Assembly (NCBI GenBank): GCA_963819815.1
Contig: CAWFXL010000001.1
Span: forward strand, 1,344,001-1,408,000
Direction of reading: 5' to 3'
DNA from: an uncultured bacterium
GTDB lineage: Bacteria > Babelota > Babeliae > Babelales > Babelaceae
DNA length: 64,000 nucleotides
Shown: piece after piece, positions 10,565 through 19,648 of the stretch
Position numbering within the stretch: the first letter of the stretch is position 1
Layout: every line of letters begins with the position of its first letter
Made by a program: the position numbers and the translations under genes
The notes under the pieces: generated by a model
Databases searched by the model: none
The model's input: the letters and a program-made list of their open reading frames with translations, nothing else
What the model was told of the DNA's origin: nothing

Positions 10565-11113
10565 ATGAAAAACGAATTCCAGATACTTGCTCGACGATAT
10601 GCCCAGGCCTACTTACATGTTTTTGGTAAGAATATGACGCTTGATCAGGCGCAAATGCTTCCTGTCGTTGCTGATATCCTTGAAAAGCATCGATCGTTGT
10701 TAATTTTTGCAGCGGTGCCTCAGACTGAGGAACGTAGTAAGCGCCATATAGTAGATCTTTTTAAAATGGCCGGCTTTGATACATCTTTATATTCTTCTCT
10801 CTTTGATCTTGTGACTGCAGACAATCGTCTGATAATTATGTCTGATATATTGAGAAAAATTTATGCACTGTATTTAGAATCGCAGGGGATTATGCATTTT
10901 ATTTTGGAGAGTGCTATTCCTTTACAAGATGATGAGAGGGATATATTAGTAACATTTCTTCATAAGAAGACTCAAAAAGAAATTCACTATACACTGGTGG
11001 TAAATCCAGCCTTAATTGCCGGAATAAAAATGTACAGTGATGGGTTAGGCTTTGAGCATTCGATACAGCAGCGTCTTAATGTGCTTGGCACGAAACAATG
11101 GTCTACAATTTAA
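10565..11113 (+). CDS. atpH: ATP synthase subunit delta
   Basis: LARRYAQA N-terminus, VNPALIAGI..EHSIQQRL C-terminus. Confidence 0.85.
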   Translation: MKNEFQILARRYAQAYLHVFGKNMTLDQAQMLPVVADILEKHRSLLIFAAVPQTEERSKRHIVDLFKMAGFDTSLYSSLFDLVTADNRLIIMSDILRKIYALYLESQGIMHFILESAIPLQDDERDILVTFLHKKTQKEIHYTLVVNPALIAGIKMYSDGLGFEHSIQQRLNVLGTKQWSTI

Positions 11114-11122
11114 AGGAATCAT

Positions 11123-12622
11123 ATGGATATTAAACCGACCGATTTAGTTTCCTTGTTTGAAAAGTCCTTAGCTCAGGTACCACAAGAGGATCTGCATGAG
11201 ATCGGATTCGTTATTCAGGTTGGTGATACCTTTTGTAAGATTCACGGTCTTAAAAATGCTGTATATGGCGAACTTGTCGAGTTTGCTCATGGTAATAAAG
11301 GTATCATTTTGAATCTGGCTGAAGATAGTGTCTCGGTTTTTTTAATTCAAGCGCAAACCCAAGTGGTTGAACTTGAAATGGTACGACGCACAGGTGGAGT
11401 ATTTAAAACGCCCGTAGGTATGGAGCTCTTAGGCCGAGTAATTAATGCAATTGGTGAGCCTCTAGATGAGCGTGGTTCATTGCGTACGTCCCAAGTAAGG
11501 CCCATAGAGGTTGTTATACCAGGTATTATTGAGCGTACTCCTATTTCCGAGCCATTACAGACTGGTAAACTTGTGGTTGACTCTTTGGTTCCTGTAGGAA
11601 AAGGACAGCGTGAATTAATTATTGGTAACCGAGGTACTGGAAAAACGGCTTTAGCTCTCTCGACTATCATTAATCAAAAGGGGAAAGAAGTTATCTGCAT
11701 CTATGTTTCAATAGGCCAAAGGGAGGCCAACTTAGCTCGTATGGTACGTATGCTCGAAGAGCAGGGTTCTATGGAGTATACGGTTATTGTTTCGGCTGAT
11801 GCAAGTTTGCCTGCGCTTGATCGCTATCTTGCTCCCTATGTAGGGTGTACTATTGCCGAATACTATAAAGATATGGGCAAAGATGTGCTTATCATTTATG
11901 ATACCCTGAGTAACCATGCGATAGCCTATCGAGAAATGTCTCTTTTGATGCGACGAGCTCCTGGGCGAGAAGCGTATCCAGGAGATATCTTTTATTTACA
12001 TTCACGCTTACTTGAACGGGCGGGAAGATTTATTAAAGGAGGCTCTATTACTGCGCTTCCTATTGTTCAGATACAGAGTGATGATATTACCGCCTATATT
12101 CCTACGAATCTTATTTCTATAACCGATGGTCAGATATTTTTAGATACGAAGCTTTTTAACCAAGGTATTCGTCCGGCGGTGAACGTAGAACTTTCAGTGT
12201 CACGCGTTGGTGGTTCAGCACAGACCAAAGCCTGTAAGCAGATGACTAAATCTTTGCGTCTTGAGCTTGCTCAGTATCATGAACTTGCAGGATTTGCCCA
12301 GTTTGGTACCGAGCTTGATGAAATCTCTCAAAAGGCTCTTGCACGTGGTAAAATTGTCTATGAGCTCTTGCGGCAAGGTATCTATGCTAATTATTCTTTT
12401 GTTGATCAGGCATTAATGCTCTTTTTATTCCAAGAGCATTACCTTGATTCCTTTGAGCTTAAGGACGTGCGCGAGTTTGCGGTGCAGTTTGCAAGTTATG
12501 TACATTCGGTTCATGCAGATTTATATGCAGACATTTATGCGTCTGCTGATGTTACCCAAGATCAGCGGAAAGAACTCCATGCGATTGCAAAAGATTTTGG
12601 TAATTTGTACGTACCTGCATGA
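11123..12622 (+). CDS. atpA: ATP synthase subunit alpha
   Basis: GKGQRELIIGNRGTGKT, RRAPGREAYPGDIFYLHSRLLERA, SITDGQIFL, SVSRVGG. Confidence 0.97.
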   Translation: MDIKPTDLVSLFEKSLAQVPQEDLHEIGFVIQVGDTFCKIHGLKNAVYGELVEFAHGNKGIILNLAEDSVSVFLIQAQTQVVELEMVRRTGGVFKTPVGMELLGRVINAIGEPLDERGSLRTSQVRPIEVVIPGIIERTPISEPLQTGKLVVDSLVPVGKGQRELIIGNRGTGKTALALSTIINQKGKEVICIYVSIGQREANLARMVRMLEEQGSMEYTVIVSADASLPALDRYLAPYVGCTIAEYYKDMGKDVLIIYDTLSNHAIAYREMSLLMRRAPGREAYPGDIFYLHSRLLERAGRFIKGGSITALPIVQIQSDDITAYIPTNLISITDGQIFLDTKLFNQGIRPAVNVELSVSRVGGSAQTKACKQMTKSLRLELAQYHELAGFAQFGTELDEISQKALARGKIVYELLRQGIYANYSFVDQALMLFLFQEHYLDSFELKDVREFAVQFASYVHSVHADLYADIYASADVTQDQRKELHAIAKDFGNLYVPA

Positions 12623-12669
12623 TTTGAGAATTCAGAGAACTCTCGCTATAATGAGAGATGTCTTTCTTT

Positions 12670-12746
12670 GTGCCCGTAGCTCAGCTGGATAGAGCAACGG
12701 ATTTCTAATCCGTAGGTCGTAGGTTCGAATCCTACCGGGCACACCA
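12670..12746 (+). tRNA. tRNA-Arg(TCT)
   Basis: GTGCCCG..CGGGCAC acceptor stem, TAGCTCAG D arm, ACGGA-TT-TCT-AA-TCCGT anticodon arm, GTTCGAATC T loop, encoded CCA. Confidence 0.97.
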
Positions 12747-12757
12747 AACTTGTTTGC

Positions 12758-12785
12758 AGTGTCTAGAAACAATTTCCTAGACACT
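12758..12785. terminator. Hairpin between tRNA-Arg and the convergent arsM
   Basis: AGTGTCTAG...CTAGACACT inverted repeat. Confidence 0.55.
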
Positions 12786-12838
12786 CTTCTCTTGCCCAGT
12801 CGACGTTCGAATTTGAGATATGATTATGCTCTAAGTGG

Positions 12839-13738
12839 TTATATTTTACGTGCAATAAACTTCAAACTTGAGATAGGTAACTTATCGCTGTCAAACCATT
12901 TCTTATTGATCTCGAGGTCCTCGTCAATAATCGTTATCTCAAAACCAGCATTATTAAGCATTCCAAGATAGGTCTTTTTCAAAAGTGCTCCGCTAACGCA
13001 GGCAGATAAGAGTGCAGGGTCTTTCTTTTGGGTATCAGTAAGCTCCTGAAGCAATACAATGTCTGATATAGCCATAACACCTCCGGGCTTCAGAACTCTT
13101 GCAGCTTCTTTAAAGACAAGGTGTTTTTGAGGCGCAAGATTAATCACACAGTTGCTCATAATAACGTCAATTGAATTGCTTTCAACTGGCAATGATTCGA
13201 TATCACCTAGACGAAATTCTACATTGGAAATTCCATATTTTTTTGCATTTGCACGAGCCCTTTCAATCATGGCAGTAGTCATATCAATGCCAATAACTCT
13301 TCCATGTGTGCCAACTTTACGTGCAGCCAAAAAGCAGTCAAGTCCTGCTCCTGAACCAAGATCTAATACGACGTTCCCCTCTTTTATATATCCAAGGCTA
13401 ACTGGATGGCCGCATCCAAGGCCTAGGTTGGCATCAGCAAACATCTCAAGTTCTTCACGTGAGTAGCCAATGGTTGCTGATAGTTCACATCCACCACCGC
13501 AACAACCACCAACAGGACCAACACTATCTTTAGCTACCTCGGCATATGCTTTTTGAATAATTTTTTTTGGGTCATCAGTTTCAGCATATATCTTTTTAGA
13601 GTCAGCAAGCTTTTTCACAGGATTATTTGTAACTCTACTATTTTCTTGTTTAGGACAGCAATTTTTACCATCACAGGATTTAGCAGCCATGCATAGTGGA
13701 GTTAATGCGACGATCAAGAAAGCGTACAACATTTTCAT
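12839..13738 (-). CDS. arsM: Arsenite S-adenosylmethionine methyltransferase with a signal-peptide-like N-terminus
   Basis: GGCCGG, ANLGLGCGHP, VLDLGSGAGLDC, SNCVINL, LSACVSGAL; probable start ATG 13738 after AAGGGA. Confidence 0.85.
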   Translation of the reverse strand: MKMLYAFLIVALTPLCMAAKSCDGKNCCPKQENSRVTNNPVKKLADSKKIYAETDDPKKIIQKAYAEVAKDSVGPVGGCCGGGCELSATIGYSREELEMFADANLGLGCGHPVSLGYIKEGNVVLDLGSGAGLDCFLAARKVGTHGRVIGIDMTTAMIERARANAKKYGISNVEFRLGDIESLPVESNSIDVIMSNCVINLAPQKHLVFKEAARVLKPGGVMAISDIVLLQELTDTQKKDPALLSACVSGALLKKTYLGMLNNAGFEITIIDEDLEINKKWFDSDKLPISSLKFIARKI

Positions 13739-13837
13739 AATTAATCCCTTTGATATTTGAGTTTCTAGCCAGCCTTTTTTCATTGCGATAAAAAATTCGC
13801 TTTTTGGAATCTTTTAATGAATTCCCAATTATGAGAA

Positions 13838-14662
13838 TTATAGACGTTTAATAAATTCAAACAAGTCTGCATTAATCAGATCTTTGTGCGTTTGGCACAT
13901 ACCATGCGGTAATCCTGGATAGACTTTGAGGAGTGCATTCTTGACAAGCTTGACAGATAGGAGCGCCGAGTCGGCGATTGGTACTATTTGATCATCATCA
14001 CCGTGCATAATCAATGTCGGAATGTCGAACTTCTTAAGATCTTCAGTGAGATCGGTCTCCGACCATGCCTTTATACCAAGATATGAAGCAGGAAAGCCGG
14101 CGAGACTTGATTGGAGCCAGAAGGATTCGCGCACACCTTCGGAGATCTTAACTCCTGGCCTATTGTATCCATAAAAAGCAAGACTAAGATCTTTCCAGAA
14201 TTGGTACCGATCTTCCTGAACCTGCTTTCTTAGGCCGTCAAATGTAGCTATAGGTAATCCCCCAGGATTACTAGCTGTTTTGAGCATGAGCGGAGGGATT
14301 GCGCTAATAAGTATTGCCTTTGCAACATTTTTGGTGCCATGTTTGCCGATATAACGAGTTACTTCACCACCTCCGGTTGAATGACCAACATGAATTGCAT
14401 TTGTAAGTTTGAGCTTTGCTACGAGCTCTGCAAGGTCGTCGGCATACGTATCTATATCATTACCATGCCACGTTTGCTCAGAGCGCCCGTGACCGCGACG
14501 ATCATGGGCTATGCAGCGGTAGCCTTGCGAGGCTAGGAAAAACATCTGGTCTTCAAAGGCATCTGCACTCAGAGGCCAGCCATGACTGAATACCACTGGC
14601 TGCCCGGTGCCCCAATCTTTGTAATACATTTGTGCGTTGTCGCTCAGGGTAAGTATGTTCAT
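13838..14662 (-). CDS. Non-heme chloroperoxidase/arylesterase (alpha/beta hydrolase)
   Basis: [37 protein letters not shown] nucleophile elbow, [12 protein letters not shown]; likely start ATG 14662. Confidence 0.92.
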   Translation of the reverse strand: MNILTLSDNAQMYYKDWGTGQPVVFSHGWPLSADAFEDQMFFLASQGYRCIAHDRRGHGRSEQTWHGNDIDTYADDLAELVAKLKLTNAIHVGHSTGGGEVTRYIGKHGTKNVAKAILISAIPPLMLKTASNPGGLPIATFDGLRKQVQEDRYQFWKDLSLAFYGYNRPGVKISEGVRESFWLQSSLAGFPASYLGIKAWSETDLTEDLKKFDIPTLIMHGDDDQIVPIADSALLSVKLVKNALLKVYPGLPHGMCQTHKDLINADLFEFIKRL

Positions 14663-14970
14663 ATCCGTCTCTCTTTGTATGTTCTGCAATGTGTGCTTTG
14701 GAAAGCTTTGGCCTGGTAGCATACAATAATACCACCTCAGCATCAAGTGAGTTGTATGCTCTTTGAGCCGCCCCATATATCCTATTTGAAGACCAATGGG
14801 AAGGGGTTGTTCCTGTAGTGCTCAAAATGGTGAGCCGATTAACCTCTCTATTCGGCTCAAAATTTCCATGTTTCTGAGCCGATTAATACTCTAGGATGCA
14901 AAGGGTTAAGGAAAATGAAATACAGTTATCAGCCACCACTAGCACAGCCTGCTATTACCTGAAGTAGCTC

Positions 14971-15951
14971 CTAGAGGATTTTCCAGGGGCTTGCCGCAAG
15001 CTCGCTTGGAATTTTTATAGGAAGGATAATTCTCATATTATCTTGAGATAAAGCTACCATAACAAGGGCATATTCTTCATCGAGGCATGCTGTGAGAGCT
15101 CTGAGTTCATCCGTAGGAATATGGAGTGCATGTTCATTACATTGAGCTACATAGAGGTCTAGAATGCCGTTCACATCCATAGTTTTTAATTTTCCTGCTA
15201 GAGTACATGTTAGGCCCTGAGCAAATAATGTTTTTATCTCAGGATGGAGAAATGAAAAATACTGTTTTTTTAAGATCATGTACGCTCTTTGTATCAGATC
15301 AAGTGCTTTCATTGCAAACTCTCGATTATGTTGTGCTTGATAGAGGCATATCTTCTTAAGGCGTTGATAGGCTTCTTCAAGAGCCTTTGGATAGGTAACC
15401 GTTGCAAGATCATCCGGCAGACTTAGAAAATGTTGTGGCAGGGGGGTAGTCCCATTTTTAAGGGCATATGCGACGTTGGGAAAATATGCTAATAATGTTG
15501 ATTGTTCATTCACCTTCAGCTCTTCGCTTAATGCATTTGCTCTTAATAGAGTTGCGGTAAAGCAAAAGGGCACAAGATTTCTGATAATACCGGATGTGGG
15601 TTGAGTTGTGATGGTGAGCATCATGTGTTGTTCAGATTTACAGGTTTCAAAATCCTTGCGAGTGCATAGGTTTTCAGGGGTGCGTAACTGTACTTTACTC
15701 CAAGGACCACAGGAAACTATCTGCATGGCTTTCATTCGATCTGGAGCTGCAAGAATGAGCTTCCCCTGGGGCACAATTGTAGCACCGAGCACTATACCAT
15801 CCTGGTAGGAATAGGTAACTAAGAGCTTCCAGTCGGTTTTATTTGAAAGAAGCATTCTTTGAGAAAGGCTGTTCGTTATGTTGACTTCTTGAGTCATTCC
15901 CAGAAGAGAGGCGCTCACACATAACAACGGGATGCATAAGATATTCATCAT
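14971..15951 (-). CDS. Hypothetical secreted protein with degenerate J-domain-like segment
   Basis: Signal peptide, GAGGAG RBS; segment QHFLSL..LEEAYQRL..REFAMKALDLIQRAYMIL parallels 38501..39373. Confidence 0.6.
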   Translation of the reverse strand: MMNILCIPLLCVSASLLGMTQEVNITNSLSQRMLLSNKTDWKLLVTYSYQDGIVLGATIVPQGKLILAAPDRMKAMQIVSCGPWSKVQLRTPENLCTRKDFETCKSEQHMMLTITTQPTSGIIRNLVPFCFTATLLRANALSEELKVNEQSTLLAYFPNVAYALKNGTTPLPQHFLSLPDDLATVTYPKALEEAYQRLKKICLYQAQHNREFAMKALDLIQRAYMILKKQYFSFLHPEIKTLFAQGLTCTLAGKLKTMDVNGILDLYVAQCNEHALHIPTDELRALTACLDEEYALVMVALSQDNMRIILPIKIPSELAASPWKIL

Positions 15952-16111
15952 TGCTCCTCTCGGCATATACACTTGTACCAGTGTACCAAAAGGCTCATGA
16001 TTTGCGAAAATGATCTGTTTGCATAACCAATCTGCTCAAGTTGCAAAACGAGGGTTTTTGATGGATATGCATTGCAGGTGTGTAACGGTATGAAACGGCG
16101 AAGGTAGTATC

Positions 16112-16146
16112 TTAGTAGTGTTGCGAGCTAGTTGCAACACTACTAA
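16112..16146 (-). terminator. Hairpin downstream of the USP pair
   Basis: TTAGTAGTGTTGC...GCAACACTACTAA, 13-bp stem. Confidence 0.6.
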
Positions 16147-16154
16147 CTAGCGTA

Positions 16155-17504
16155 TTATCTTTTTTTCCCCTGAGTGGTGGTAGCTGGAGCAGCTTTAGCT
16201 CTTCTCACTACAGTTGGGGGCTTTGGTCCTGCGTTTAGGCGCCTGATCCCTGGCTGTGGATTTGGAGCATTTCTCGTAGTACTCGTTGTACTCGAGGATG
16301 ATGACGTGTTTTTCGGTAGCCTTCTTTGTACTGTTCTTCTAGTATTTGTAGTGCTGGTACTCGAGGAGGAGGTACTTCTCGCAGGTTGATGTGCAGGGGC
16401 ATACTGAGGTCTTGTTGCTGAGTGCTCGTATATCAGCGTTGTCACAAGGGTGTTCTTATTGGCGCCATAGCCTAGTTGTCCTATTTTGAACACTTCCTGC
16501 TCGCTGCAAGGTGTAATAGTCTCATCATTGCAATAATACCATTCATTGCCTGCTTTTACATAGGCGGTATAGTGGCCAGAGTTTGCTGATCCGCTATGCA
16601 TAATGATGCTAACAACTTCATAATCACCGCAACTTTTTGATGGATCTTTAAAACAGCGATCAAATGATTGGTTATACAGATCAAATGAAATAGGATTTTC
16701 ATGTCGAGTAAACGTAGGTACTGCTTGTCCTCGTGTTCTCCGTATAAAGTTTTTTCTATCTAATGAACAAATAACATATCGGCCAGTTCTTTGAAGAAAG
16801 GTATGGCGCTCTCCATCGACAGGTCCTAGTCCTTCAATAGCTACAGCATCGAATGAAGGCTGAGAGAAAGATTGTAAACATTCGTTAATATTTCTACTTT
16901 CTGGAAGTACCTTCAAACTAAGGCAAGGCGAATACTGGACTTCTTTATCTGACTCGAAAAATCCGACTTCACCTAGATCTGCATAGGCCTTACTTTCAGA
17001 AAACACATAAAAGAGTTGTGCTAGATCAGTTTTGAGTTCTTCAGGATACTGTGCAAGATCTGAGTCGTTTGGCTCGTCGTGACGTGCAAAAAGTGGCCAC
17101 TTGGTATCTTTAACATCTTTGTAGGTAATACATTCTAAGAGCTCTCGTAAGAGTTCATTGGCATCAGCCTGATCGCAGGGATCATCGTTGAGTTGATGCC
17201 ATCCACGAAAGCAGAAAGTCGACGGGTCAATTTCGTCATCATCTGTATCTGAATGCATGAAATGTGGTAATAAATCTGTATAGGCCTCGGCAAGGCTATC
17301 TTTCTTGTACACACTATCTTTGTTCTGCTGGTTAAGCAAGTAGGTGATGTCCTGCATAGCATAGACTGCCTGAAGTGCTGCATTCATAAAGCAGTTTGAG
17401 CCAATGTTTTTGAGCGGAGCTGGTTTGAGCGGCTCCATGCATATTATTGGAGTCATATAGCTCATAATGACGATGTATAAAAGGGTCTTAGTTTTATGTA
17501 TCAT
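16155..17504 (-). CDS. Secreted USP-family (peptidase C19) deubiquitinase with low-complexity basic tail
   Basis: Cys box LKNIGSNCFMNAALQ, QADANEL, His box IIMHSGSANSGHYTAYVK..WYYCNDETI. Confidence 0.88.
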   Translation of the reverse strand: MIHKTKTLLYIVIMSYMTPIICMEPLKPAPLKNIGSNCFMNAALQAVYAMQDITYLLNQQNKDSVYKKDSLAEAYTDLLPHFMHSDTDDDEIDPSTFCFRGWHQLNDDPCDQADANELLRELLECITYKDVKDTKWPLFARHDEPNDSDLAQYPEELKTDLAQLFYVFSESKAYADLGEVGFFESDKEVQYSPCLSLKVLPESRNINECLQSFSQPSFDAVAIEGLGPVDGERHTFLQRTGRYVICSLDRKNFIRRTRGQAVPTFTRHENPISFDLYNQSFDRCFKDPSKSCGDYEVVSIIMHSGSANSGHYTAYVKAGNEWYYCNDETITPCSEQEVFKIGQLGYGANKNTLVTTLIYEHSATRPQYAPAHQPARSTSSSSTSTTNTRRTVQRRLPKNTSSSSSTTSTTRNAPNPQPGIRRLNAGPKPPTVVRRAKAAPATTTQGKKR

Positions 17505-17528
17505 AATGCACTCTTGTTATTTTTAAAT

Positions 17529-18653
17529 CTATTTTTTATTAAGTATACATAATTTTATCAAATTGTAAATACCAGAAGATGAGCTTGATGATCTTGTTGA
17601 ATAGGTAGGGCGTGCGCTGGATAACTCATAGATAAAGGTTGTAGCTACAGAACCATTTTCTGTAGAGCCTTGTTGTGAAATGCGCGTCATGCTTTCTTCT
17701 GAAACTGGTGTAACAGCAGCATCATCACAAAAGTACCACTGGTTTCCTAACTTTGAGTAGGTAGTATAATGACCACCGTCTGCGTTGCCGCAATGCATAA
17801 TGACGGCAATAAGTTCATAGGGACCTTTACTTCTTTCCTTAAGGAGGAAATAGGGAGAAAGATCGAGCTTATTTAGGGGAAAGCTGATGCGCGCATCTTC
17901 TTTCATGTATGAGATTCCTGCTTGCCCTCTATGCCCTTCTTTTCGGTCGAGCATAATGAAAAGATAGTTTTGTGTTTCCTCGAGAAATCGTCTGTTAGCC
18001 CCTTCAATTAAGGTATCTGGATCGCTTCTAAAATGTTCGCTTTGGCTTTGAAAATACCGGTCAAGGCAGTTTGAGAGAGTCTTATCTTCGGGTCGCACTT
18101 CTAAGCTGAGTCCAATGGTCTGCTCTGGCGATTTGGTGCCGATAAAAGCCTCATTTTTGGGATCTATTCTTAGATGGCGGATATGTACATAAAACAGTTC
18201 TGAGAGCTCCGTTCTCATCGTTGGAATCTGAGTTCCTTTATACTTGGGATGATATGGCTTGTACTCATCATTAATGTCAGTCTCGGTAATATGGTTGAGA
18301 ATTGTTGCTAAACAGTCATTTGCATCTCCTTGTTCACGTTCGTTCATCCCAAGGTGAGCATATATGCTGGTATGGAGTTCCGCGGGGCCTATTGAAGAAC
18401 TTTGTGCGGTGCGAAGCTGGATGGCGCAATCTCTTAAGAGAGCAGACAGGCTACCCGGCTTGAGGTAATATCCATGCTCGAGTGCCATCGACACTAAATC
18501 TACCGATGCATGCAAAGCTTGAAGGCTCGCATTAATGAAGCAGGCATTCCTCTGGTTGACCAGTCCTTTAGGGATATAGATGTTGTTTTCTCCCATGCCA
18601 AAGGCACTGGCCGGTAGGCATAGTAGAGCGATACTGAATAGTTTGTGTACCAT
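17529..18653 (-). CDS. Secreted USP-family (peptidase C19) deubiquitinase
   Basis: Cys box GLVNQRNACFINASLQ, EQGDANDCL, His box VIMHCGNADGGHYTTY..WYFCDDAAV. Confidence 0.88.
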   Translation of the reverse strand: MVHKLFSIALLCLPASAFGMGENNIYIPKGLVNQRNACFINASLQALHASVDLVSMALEHGYYLKPGSLSALLRDCAIQLRTAQSSSIGPAELHTSIYAHLGMNEREQGDANDCLATILNHITETDINDEYKPYHPKYKGTQIPTMRTELSELFYVHIRHLRIDPKNEAFIGTKSPEQTIGLSLEVRPEDKTLSNCLDRYFQSQSEHFRSDPDTLIEGANRRFLEETQNYLFIMLDRKEGHRGQAGISYMKEDARISFPLNKLDLSPYFLLKERSKGPYELIAVIMHCGNADGGHYTTYSKLGNQWYFCDDAAVTPVSEESMTRISQQGSTENGSVATTFIYELSSARPTYSTRSSSSSSGIYNLIKLCILNKK

Positions 18654-18736
18654 AAAAAGCTCCCCCGGATTATATTTTTTTATATTTACTAATAGTAACT
18701 ATATAGAGGGAGGGGGAACTTGTCAAGGGGGCGAAT

Positions 18737-19399
18737 TTATCGAGCCATAAGGGAAGAGCGGAGGGCTTTGATTGCAAATACGGGATTATGTCCTGAAAAG
18801 ACTGCCGATCCGATGATGAGTTGGTCTGCACCAGCCTTTACAAGTGCTTGGACATTTTCTTGGTCGATTCCTCCATCTATGGCTATTACATAGGGTTTAT
18901 GGGATTCTTTTCCTATGTTGATGGCTTCCTGCAGCTTGAGTAAAACTAGCGGCATGAACTCTTGGCCTGAAAAACCTGGATGCACTGACATAAGAAGGAG
19001 ATGGTTAAAGGGGGCTGAAACTTTTTTAAGGATGCTCGAAGAGGTTTCGGGATTAAGGGCTAGGCTTGGTATCCATCCATACGAGCTTATTAAGTGCACA
19101 AGTTTGTCTAACGGTAAGCTTGAAGGGCTTTCAGGATGGACTGCGACAATATCACCTTGTTGAAGTATTACCCGTTCAAAGTAGCGTTCGGGGTACTCGA
19201 CCATAAAGTGCACGTATAGAGGCTTTTGGGTTGCCTTGCGTATGGCATTAATGGTATCAGGGCCTAGGGTAAGATTAGGAACGAAATGGAAATCCATGAC
19301 ATCAATATGGTACCCGTCGACATAAGGATCAAGCTGTGCGAGCTCCTTTTCAAGATTAAGGAGATTGGCAGCGATTAAGGAGGGAAAGAGTTGTATCAT
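18737..19399 (-). CDS. rpe: Ribulose-phosphate 3-epimerase
   Basis: PSLIAAN, HIDVMDFHFVPNLTLG, MSVHPGFSGQ, IDGGI, GSAVF. Confidence 0.95.
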   Translation of the reverse strand: MIQLFPSLIAANLLNLEKELAQLDPYVDGYHIDVMDFHFVPNLTLGPDTINAIRKATQKPLYVHFMVEYPERYFERVILQQGDIVAVHPESPSSLPLDKLVHLISSYGWIPSLALNPETSSSILKKVSAPFNHLLLMSVHPGFSGQEFMPLVLLKLQEAINIGKESHKPYVIAIDGGIDQENVQALVKAGADQLIIGSAVFSGHNPVFAIKALRSSLMAR

Positions 19400-19648
19400 A
19401 GCTATAACCGAGCGTAACCTTTTGAGTACTCACGATAGTTCCTGTATGCATGAAATCTATCATTTCACCATGTATTTGTAAACTATGAGAACTGTTTCAC
19501 CGGCTATTTTGTAGAATGGGGTACAGCACACATAGCGAGAAACTCGCCTTGACCAGCATCGACTAATCTTTAGGATGGGTTCAGTGTCCACTAGTAGGTC
19601 CCCTAGTAGCCACCAAGTGAAGGTTATGGGAGTTGTACTATTCAGTCA

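Noticed and set aside
14663..14776. N-terminal extension of the chloroperoxidase in the ORF track
   Set aside because: Family similarity begins at MNILTLSD (ATG 14662); the upstream in-frame part is probably untranslated.
12670..14900. Integrative element at tRNA-Arg
   Set aside because: I found no integrase and no duplicated tRNA 3' end (att site) in the window.
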